Program-made: the position numbers and the translations under genes | In this document: piece after piece, positions 1 through 6,594 of the stretch | Numbering within the stretch: position 1 is the first letter of the stretch | Layout: each line of letters opens with the position of its first letter | Origin: Thermodesulfovibrionales bacterium | GTDB lineage: Bacteria; Nitrospirota; Thermodesulfovibrionia; Thermodesulfovibrionales; SM23-35 | Length of the DNA stretch: 11,162 nucleotides | Direction: 5' to 3' | NCBI GenBank assembly: GCA_963715195.1 | Contig: CAVQRT010000013.1 | Span: 1 to 11,162, forward strand | Notes under the pieces: model-generated | Told to the model about the DNA's origin: nothing | What the model saw: only the letters and a program-made list of their open reading frames with translations | Databases searched by the model: none

Positions 1-704
1 ATTGCGTTTTTGTATTGAGGGGAGATAATCATCAATTTTTCGCCATCCGGCAACTATTTCAAATTGTCTGAGCATCATAGCATGGCTGAATAGTGAATCC
101 TGAGCAAAAAGAAAATCAGCCTCAATCTGGGTTTTCACTTTTGCAAGCTCACGGGCTCCAATGAAATCTTTTGGAGGATCAATAATTCATCATATAATGC
201 ATGTTCAACTTCCCGCACATCTTTCCCTGGCGCAACTGTTGCAAAGATGTAGAAAAGATTGGGATCCTTTGACAGAAGAGAGTTTTCAGCCTTGAGGTCT
301 ATAGGAATATGGATACGGTCTGCGCTGATATTAACAAAAAAAGTAGTATAGTTCCGAGTTGTGAAGGCATTATCGTCTCCGCCGTTTTTCTGTAAGATGC
401 GGGAATATTCTTCAGGTCCGACTATTCATGTTCCCTCTTACATCATATGTTCCATCATGTGCGATAGTCCTGTTTTTCCACAGGACTCATTGCGGGAGCC
501 GACACGATACCATACCTGAAAGGTGACAAGAGGTGCCTTGTGATTTTCAATGAGGATGACTTTCATGCCGTTGGAGAGGGTGGCTTCAGAAACCAGATCG
601 GCAATTTTTGCTTCTGCTTTGAGCAGCAACAGGAACGGGAGAAGAATGATGAGCAGAAGCCACCGGAACGCGATCTTTTTATGAAAAAAAGTCAGCCTTA
701 TCAT
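1..704 (-). pseudogene. M16 (pitrilysin/PqqL-like) zinc peptidase pseudogene, truncated at window start
   Basis: ATG at 704 begins a signal-peptide-like N-terminus, followed by LSNGMKVILIENHKAPLVTFQVWYRVGSRNE and the inverted zinc motif HMMEH. Two in-frame stops follow (TAA 438-440, TGA 426-428; *EGT* where FKGT is expected). The frame continues GPEEYSRILQKNGGDDNAFTTRNYTTFF, then jumps near 291-296 to C-terminal-domain sequence (KDPNLFYIFATVAPGKDVREVEHALYDEL). After a frameshift near 175-180 it reads ELAKVKTQIEADFLFAQDS. Confidence 0.88.
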
Positions 705-728
705 TATTCCCTGTGGGTACCCCAATCT

Positions 729-768
729 GTCATCCTCCGACTTGATCGGGGGATCCATTTTCTATGAC
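729..768. repeat. Truncated REP-like palindrome (GTCATCCTCCGACTTGATCGGGGGATCCA)
   Basis: Hairpin CCTCCGA-CTTGA-TCGGGGG with a GTCAT tag, nearly identical to GTCATTCCCCGACTTGATCGGGGAAT at 6222-6247. Confidence 0.75.
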
Positions 769-944
769 CGACGGGGTTATTTAAGTATTTTCTGTACGGT
801 TAGGCAATAAATATTTTCGTATTATTTCTTACTTCCATGTCTGGGTTAAATATGAGTTCCTAGTTTCATATTTTTGGTTCAAAAACCATGAAAGTCAAGG
901 AGGAAATCAGGAAAGGAAGTAGGGGAAACAATAGGCAATTTATA

Positions 945-1019
945 TGGTAGGCGATGCTGGTCTCGAACCAGCGACCTCTTCCGTGTGAAGGAAGCGCTCT
1001 CCCGCTGAGCTAATCGCCC
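945..1019 (-). tRNA. tRNA-Val (anticodon CAC)
   Basis: Reverse complement is GGGCGATTAGCTCAGCGGGAGAGCGCTTCCTTCACACGGAAGAGGTCGCTGGTTCGAGACCAGCATCGCCTACCA. Acceptor stem GGGCGAT/ATCGCCT, anticodon arm CTTCC-TTCACAC-GGAAG, T-loop GGTTCGAGACC, encoded CCA end. Confidence 0.98.
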
Positions 1020-1031
1020 ACAATTGCCTAT

Positions 1032-1062
1032 AAAATAACACTTTTCCCCTCATTGGTGTCAA
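1032..1062 (-). promoter_or_regulatory. Possible sigma70 promoter of tRNA-Val
   Basis: Perfect TTGACA (1062-1057), then TGT-TATTTT just upstream of the tRNA. The 19-nt spacer is longer than optimal. Confidence 0.4.
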
Positions 1063-1104
1063 CCTCCAAATGCCAAATTGTGCAGTAATTGTGCAGTTGG
1101 CGTT

Positions 1105-1306
1105 CTATTTAGTGTCTGTGTATAAAGTACGGTTTTCTGAAAAAGCCGTCATGCCCGCCCCCGTCTACACGGGCATAAACTCCGGCGGGAATCCATTTTT
1201 TTAAATCCCGCAATGCGGGATGGATCCCCCGATCCCTCCAAAAGGATCGGCTGGCACGCAAGCCGGAGAATGACGAATTATGAGTTTATACACAGACACT
1301 AAATAG
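1105..1306. mobile_element. MITE-like element with perfect terminal inverted repeats enclosing a REP-like dimer
   Basis: CTATTTAGTGTCTGTGTATAAA (1105-1126) is the exact reverse complement of TTTATACACAGACACTAAATAG (1285-1306). The interior 1148-1274 is GTCATGCCCG...GGGAATCCA / TGGATCCCCCG...GGAGAATGAC. No transposase ORF. Confidence 0.8.
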
Positions 1307-1379
1307 TGTTATAGTGAGGATGTCTACTGCCAGTCTTTTGGGGAGATACGCATGCGTGTCATATTATCGGATAATAGTG

Positions 1380-1751
1380 CTACGCTGCCTTACCCTTTTT
1401 TAGTTTTGCCTTAACACCTGATGTCCTCTTATCGACACCCTTCGCCAAAAGATAGACAATAAGTTGATTCAGACTAACCCCTTCTTCTTTTGCCCTTTCC
1501 ATTAACGCTCCATGTAATGACTTTGGGGTTCTCGCAAGTATTTTTCCGCTATGGACATCTTCGGATGACGGCTCTGGTATCTTTCTTCCTTCTTTCCTTG
1601 CGGTTTTAAGCCACAGTTCTTGGGCTATTTTAACTTCTTTTACTGCTTCTTCCTCCGTTTCCCCATAGGCAGAACATCCGGGAAGATCAGGGATAAGTGC
1701 GATAAATCCCTTATCATCTTCGCTGTAAAATACTTTTATTGGATAGAACAT
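1380..1751 (-). CDS. hicB: HicB-family antitoxin (partial RNase H-like domain plus C-terminal ribbon-helix-helix)
   Basis: YSEDDKGFIALIPDLPGCSAYGETEEEAV N-terminal motif; SGKILARTPKSLHGALMERAKEEGVSLNQLI RHH tail; start 1 nt after the hicA stop, with AAGGAG RBS inside the end of hicA. Confidence 0.93.
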   Translation of the reverse strand: MFYPIKVFYSEDDKGFIALIPDLPGCSAYGETEEEAVKEVKIAQELWLKTARKEGRKIPEPSSEDVHSGKILARTPKSLHGALMERAKEEGVSLNQLIVYLLAKGVDKRTSGVKAKLKKGKAA

Positions 1752-1752
1752 A

Positions 1753-2007
1753 TCATTTCTCCTTGGTTATGAGGTTGTATTCCTCGATAAGCTGCAAAAA
1801 TTGGCTCACTTGATATGGTTTTGCCATGCCCTTAACATTCTGGAAATTCAGTATCACGTGAATGCCTTTTTGGCTGTAGACTTTATGGCTTCCCTTGCCA
1901 CCCTGATATGTGAAGCCAAAAGCCTTAGCTAATTTGCATATCTCATTGAATCTGACATTATATGGGTTATTCTTAACGCGTTCAAAAAGCTTTTCAAGCT
2001 TACCCAT
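1753..2007 (-). CDS. hicA: HicA-family mRNA interferase toxin
   Basis: 84 aa, basic, with NVRFNEICKLAKAFGF...GKGSH catalytic-His motif and AKPYQV C-terminal motif; toxin-first order upstream of hicB. Confidence 0.93.
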   Translation of the reverse strand: MGKLEKLFERVKNNPYNVRFNEICKLAKAFGFTYQGGKGSHKVYSQKGIHVILNFQNVKGMAKPYQVSQFLQLIEEYNLITKEK

Positions 2008-2013
2008 GAATGT

Positions 2014-2042
2014 ATACTATCATATATGATATCACTGGTCAA
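2014..2042 (-). promoter_or_regulatory. hicAB sigma70 promoter with overlapping palindromic operator
   Basis: TTGACC (2042-2037), 17-nt spacer, extended -10 TG-A-TAGTAT (hexamer 2019-2014). A perfect 14-bp palindrome TATCATATATGATA (2018-2031) overlaps the spacer and -10. Confidence 0.75.
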
Positions 2043-2263
2043 GAATCTGTGTCGGTATGATAGTGCTATCGTATGACACCTCTATCGCCTTCAGTACCTA
2101 GATTTTTGTTGAAGCCCCTTTTTAACTTGACATTCTATCCCCCAGAGCTCTAAAAAACTGTAAAGAATTCCCATAGCACTTTACCCGGAAATGAGAATTA
2201 TGTCTGCTTTCTGATCGGATAGTTGCTCAATGAGCATAGTTAGCCGGGCATTATAATGATTTG

Positions 2264-2308
2264 TAACCAATTGAAAATATGAGATTCTGAAACAAGTTCA
2301 GAATGACG
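2264..2308. repeat. Half REP-like element of the same family as 6417-6490
   Basis: GAGATTCTGAAACAAGTTCAGAATGACG (2281-2308) resembles GAGATGCTGAAATAAATTCAGCATGACA (6463-6490). It is preceded by TAACCAATTGAAA, similar to the spacer TAACTTTTTGATT of that element. Confidence 0.65.
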
Positions 2309-2338
2309 TATGGTCCATTAATGTGTGTTAAGTGCTGT

Positions 2339-2500
2339 TGTCGGAAAACTTTACACTCTTAATTTGGCCTAAAATCTCGCAACTCATTGGATATATATAG
2401 ATTCACAAATTTTACGAGTGTAAAGAAACTTTACACTTTTTCTGTAGATGTCATAAAAGGCAATAAAATCAATTAGTTATGAATAGGCACATGATTTGCT
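2339..2500 (+). promoter_or_regulatory. Sigma54 promoter with two enhancer boxes (PEP-CTERM/PrsR-type) and an IHF site
   Basis: -24/-12 element AGGCACATGATTTGCT (2485-2500; GG-N10-GC). TGT-N11-ACA boxes at 2339-2355 and 2419-2435 share AAACTTTACACT. Exact IHF consensus AATCAATTAGTTA at 2467-2479. Confidence 0.85.
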
Positions 2501-2560
2501 TATTATAATATTAGAAATATGTAAAAAATAATAATTCAAATAAAGGGAGAAGAGAAAGAA

Positions 2561-3371
2561 ATGAAAAAGGTTATTGTCCTGATAAGTTTGATTTTGGTTT
2601 TAGGATTGGCAATGCAATGGATACTCCGGGCTATATGATTAGGATATTTAGACGACACTGAAACATGCGATTTGTCGATCGCCGCAGTTGAGTGAAGATC
2701 ATTCGTGACAATGTGCAATGCGATACGTTGCATGTTTACAATTATCAATGGGATAGTCTTCACGATGAAGTCTGATAGGCGACTGAGACGCTGCTGGACA
2801 TGATGGATACAGGTGCTACTTAATTGAAAAATTTCAATGCTGCTCAATTGAAACAATTAAGTCATGCAATTACTGAAGTCTCTGATGACTACTTTGATAC
2901 TGAAGCCAATGAATAGTTTACTGCCGATAACATTAACACTGGCACTCCTCTTTTGGTGAGCATGGTGGTCTCGATTATTATTCGAGTACTGCAAGGTAAT
3001 AGCAACCCTGTAATGCCTCTTGAAATATGGGCATCAAAGGAGTGATCTACCTGATTTACAGATTCAAGCGGGAACACAGTTGACATATTTATGGACGATA
3101 GTTTCCGACAGAGCACCAATGTGGGGTGATTTTTATGCTTTGATGGAAAAATTGAAGACCATGACTGCTTGGAATACAGGCTTTGGGATTTTAGCTTCTG
3201 CAGCTATCAGGTAATCGTCAGATGCCATGGAATCTGAGTATCACAGCTTGGATGTTGGTTCCCGATAGTAACGGTGGCGGCGGCGGCGGGGGTAACGGAG
3301 TCCCTGAGCCGAGCACGCTCCTTTTGATTGGCACAGGTCTTTTAGGCCTTGGGCTTTTGCGGAAGAGATAA
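2561..3371 (+). pseudogene. PEP-CTERM sorting-domain protein, multiply frameshifted (pseudogene or sequence error)
   Basis: Signal-peptide-like start MKKVIVLISLILVLGLA after AGGGAG. C-terminus WMLVPDSNGGGGGGGNG-VPEPSTLLLIGTGLLGLGLLRKR-stop (VPEP at 3300, TAA 3369-3371). Protein-like internal fragments (QGNSNP, WTIVSDRAPMWGDFYA, DGK, AWNTGFG) fall in different frames, with stops between them. Confidence 0.88.
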
Positions 3372-3404
3372 ATTCGAGAAATAGGAAAATTAGAATCAGA
3401 AAAT

Positions 3405-3439
3405 AAAAAAGGGTGAGGCAATTGCCTCACCCTTTTTTT
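3405..3439. terminator. Bidirectional intrinsic terminator
   Basis: AAAAAA-GGGTGAGGCAATTGCCTCACCC-TTTTTTT is a perfect palindrome with A and T tails, lying between two convergent genes. Confidence 0.92.
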
Positions 3440-3448
3440 GTCGTATGG

Positions 3449-5786
3449 CTATTTATATATTGTTATTGTGTGGATTCCTACATTGCCGGCCGCGTCGTAA
3501 GCCTTTGCTGTAATTGTGTGCGCCCCTGCCGCAACCTTTTTGGTATTCCAGTTGTAGGAAAGGCTGCTTGCATTCGTAGCTGCCATTAAACTACCGTCAA
3601 TGTAAAGCTCAATAGCGCTAACGCCCACGTTGTCAGAGGCCGAGACTGCTATCTTCAGTACTGGATGGCTTGGGATCGAGGAGCCATCCGCGGGATATGT
3701 GATGGCGACTTGCGGGGCGGCCGTGTCCTGCTGGCTGTTCATTACAGTCACGGTCATCGATGCGGACTGTCCGACATTCCCGGCGCTGTCGTAGGCACGT
3801 GCAAACAGGGTATATGTGTCATTCGCATATCGGGTCGTATCCCATGTGAAGGCATAGGGATTGCTGCTATCGGATGCAAAAAGAGACCCGTTGATGTAGA
3901 GTTCAACTTTTGAGACGCCGACGTTGTCTGATGCTGAAGCACTGACGGTGATGACGCCGCTGACTGCAGCACCGCTTGCAAGTGATGTTATTGATACTTC
4001 GGGGGCCGTTGTGTCATCGTTTGAAACAGTGACACTTATGGAAGCTGATTGCCCCACGTTGCCCGCACTGTCAAAGGCGAGTGCATTCAGGGAATATGAA
4101 CCACCCGCAAATTTTGTCGTATCCCAACTGAATGAATAGGGGCTGCTAATGTCGGATGCAAAGAGGGTGTTGTTGATGTAGAACTCGACCTTGGAGACGC
4201 CGATGTTGTCAGATGCGGAAGCACTAACCGAGATGGTTCCGCTGACGATTGCATTGTTTGAAGGAGATGAGATTGATACCACGGGGGCTATAGTGTCAGC
4301 GTTCGAAACGTTAACGGCCACTGACGCCGATTGACCAACGTTGCCCGCGGAATCATAGGCGAGCGCCTTGAGGGAATAGGTCCCATTAGCGACTTTCGTG
4401 GTATCCCATACGAACGAGTAGGGGCTGCTGCTGTCGGTTGTAAAGAGTGCGTCGTTGACGTAGAGTTCCACTTTTGAGACTCCCACATTGTCGGATGCGG
4501 AAACACTGACCGATACAAAACCGCTTATGGTGATATTGCTTGATGGTGTTGTGATCGATACCACGGGGGCTGTTGTGTCAATCTCCGGCTCATTTTCTAT
4601 CGCTGCGAGCAAACTCTTCAGTGCATTGATGCGGCCGTAGCCGAAATACTGGTCAAAACCCAAGGTCCCCAAGTCATCGGCATTTTGCTGTCAAAATATC
4701 GTACGCTTGGGCATTGGTGAGGGAAGGATTCACTGACCAGATGAGAGCACGCAAGCCCTGCAGTTAATGGTGAGGCGAATGAAGTGCCATTCCAGTAACC
4801 GTATCCGCCTCCGTTCTCTTGTCGTGTAAATTGACGCACCTGGGGCTGAGATATCTACCCATGTTCCATAACTGGAAAAACTCGCCTTTGTGTCGATAGA
4901 AGTAGTCGCTGCAACAGCCACAACATGATTGCACGCTGCCGGATAATAGGGGGTGCTGTTATTGTTGTTCATTGCCGACGCAAAAATGAGCGCTCCCTTG
5001 TTCCATGCATAATCGGCTGCATTCTGCAACGTTGATGAGCTGCTCGATCCGCCTATGCTGATATTGAGAACCCTGACACGTCGATCGACCGCATAGGTAA
5101 TAGCCCGTGAGATGTCATAATACGAAGCGTAATTGCTGGAGTTCAGAACCACCAAGGGCATGACCGGATTGTCACATGCAAGTCCAGCTACCCCGGTAAC
5201 ATTGTTGGTCATGGCAGCAGCGGTGCCGGCCACTGCAGTACCGTGTCCCAGAACATCGTGGGTGTCAGTATTGCTCCCAAGAAAGTTATATCCCGTAATC
5301 AGCTTTGCCACAAGGTCAGGATGATCCGGGTCAACGCCGGAATCAATGATCGCTATAGGCAAACTTTCTGATCCAGATGTGATATCCCATCCTGATGGCG
5401 CATCAATTTTTGGCAGGTGCCACTGGGATGGATAATAACTGTCATTCGGTATTGTCGACGGCTCCGCAAGGAAATTATTCTCAACAAATTCGACATGAGG
5501 GTTATGAGAAAGGGCCTCTCTCACTACATCAAGTAACATGTGCCGGCACCTTAATCCGCTTGATCCTGAGTTGCTGTATTTCATCCGCTACTTCTGCGCC
5601 ATGAGAATGCAATGCTTCATCGGCTTTGTGCTTCGGTGTATCAATGCGGAACTGAATCAGCAGTTCATCTTCAACGAATGATTTCTTGTTCTGTGCCCAC
5701 GCATTATCTTGGCACATTAGCACCAAGAGGCACAGGGAAAGCAATACAAGTACTGCTGATACTCCTAAAGTTTTCGTTTTCTTCAT
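3449..5786 (-). CDS. Secreted S8 (subtilisin/thermitase-like) serine peptidase with four C-terminal Ig-like domains; four frameshifts in this sequence (about 777 aa when corrected)
   Basis: AAGGAGG RBS and ATG at 5786; signal peptide ending AWA; prodomain FVEDELLIQFR; catalytic Asp IAIIDSGV, His HGTAVAG, Ser GTSFASP; FGYGRINA motif. The frame skips one base at about 5535, 4820, 4750 and 4692, joining ORF-track pieces 5529..5837, 4730..5584, 4618..4839 and 3449..4672. Confidence 0.9.
3452..4579 (-). repeat. Four tandem bacterial Ig-like domain coding repeats (about 94 aa each)
   Basis: DT(T/I/A)AP-x-V(S/A)I ... ASDN(V/I)GVS-x-(V/I)E(L/F)Y ... W(D/N)T ... A(Y/F)D(S/A)AGNVG recurs four times. 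Confidence 0.9.
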
Positions 5787-6032
5787 AAAACCCTCCTTTG
5801 AATTTTTATTGCCGTTTAGACTCGTTTTTCTCCACAATTTCTTTAACTGACAGTTTTTTTATACGGATTTTTAAAGGAGAAATGACGTGATGGGAATCAC
5901 ACCTGATCTATATCCGGGTTGCAGGTATCCATTATGATAAGATTCTGTGTAGCACTTTTGGGCTATTCTACGCTACCAAGTGAGAAAGCAGTGAAGGGGA
6001 AATTAAATTTTCTTAATCTAATCTGACGAGGG

Positions 6033-6140
6033 TGTCATTGCGAAGGTTCCCAATCCTGACATAAGTCGGGACGGAACGACGAAGCAATCTCGCAGTCTTG
6101 AGTGAGATTGCCGCGCTCCTGTTAGTCGCTCGCAATGACA
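6033..6140. repeat. REP-like dimer TGTCATTGCGA...GCAATCTC / GAGATTGC...TCGCAATGACA
   Basis: 11-bp perfect terminal inverted repeat, inner 8-bp inverted repeat (6084-6091 / 6104-6111), and an extra hairpin TCCTGAC-ATAA-GTCGGGA inside the left arm. Confidence 0.8.
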
Positions 6141-6220
6141 ATTTTACAGTATTCAATGCATTTGTATTAATTATCGGTTTAGTAATTAGATTCTGTCCAT
6201 AAAACGTGTCTCACACAAGC

Positions 6221-6379
6221 CGTCATTCCCCGACTTGATCGGGGAATGCACCCTTCGACAAGATCAGGGTGACAAATTGCGCGTGGTGAGCGTTAGACTG
6301 AGCTTAGCCGAAGGCTTTTCGAACCATGGATTGGGAGCCTGCCCCGTACTCGATACGGGGGTAAAGCCCGACAATGACA
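6221..6379. repeat. Composite REP-like dimer with nested palindromes
   Basis: CGTCATTCCCCGACTTGATCGGGGAAT ... TGGATTGGG[AGCCTGCCCCGTACTCGATACGGGGGT]AAAGCCCGACAATGACA. The spacer holds CCCTTCGACAAGATCAGGGTGAC and GTGGTGAGC...CGAACCA units. Confidence 0.75.
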
Positions 6380-6392
6380 TATAATGGTTTAA

Positions 6393-6523
6393 CAGGATGC
6401 TAAAAAAGTCTGTTTCTGTCACCCTGAACTTGTTTCAGGGTCTCATAACTTTTTGATTTTAGGAGATGCTGAAATAAATTCAGCATGACAAACTGTCCCG
6501 AAAGGGACTTTTTCAGCAGCCTG
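6393..6523. mobile_element. MITE-like element with 18-bp terminal inverted repeats enclosing a REP-like dimer with a central IHF site
   Basis: CAGGATGCTAAAAAAGTC (6393-6410) matches the reverse complement of GACTTTTTCAGCAGCCTG (6506-6523) at 16/18. The interior is TGTCACCCTGAACTTGTTTCAGGGTCTC / GAGATGCTGAAATAAATTCAGCATGACA, with IHF consensus AATCAAAAAGTTA on the minus strand at 6446-6458. Confidence 0.72.
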
Positions 6524-6594
6524 CTCTCGGATATTTATGAAAGGTTTAAAGAGCAGTCATGAAATTGGGTTTGGAGGGAACTACAACGGAATTT

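Noticed and set aside
426..440. Stop-codon readthrough, selenocysteine or alternative genetic code in the M16 gene
   Set aside because: Both TAA and TGA interrupt the frame, the gene also has a deletion and a frameshift, and neighbouring intact genes end normally at TAA, TAG and TGA.
705..758. Longer M16 N-terminus MDPPIKSEDDRLG from the ORF track
   Set aside because: It is the translation of the REP-like palindrome at 729-757. ATG 704 gives a normal signal peptide.
945..2007. tRNA-anchored genomic island or prophage carrying hicAB
   Set aside because: I saw no integrase and no duplicate of the tRNA 3' end in the window, and hicAB lies on the 5' side of the tRNA.
2174..2337. Possible MITE ends AGCACTTTAC ... 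GTTAAGTGCT around the half REP
   Set aside because: Only 9 of 10 bp match and the left REP arm is missing, which is too weak to call.
2536..3430. Minus-strand ORFs 2536..2856, 2889..3119 and 3218..3430 (poly-Pro)
   Set aside because: They are antisense shadows of the PEP-CTERM gene. The poly-Pro is the reverse complement of its Gly linker.
5790..6030. Riboswitch or sigma54 promoter upstream of the S8 gene
   Set aside because: I could not recognise an aptamer consensus or a convincing GG-N10-GC element. An Rfam scan would be needed.
6033..6523. CRISPR array
   Set aside because: The repeats are inverted, heterogeneous and nested, not identical direct repeats with regular spacers, and no cas genes are present.
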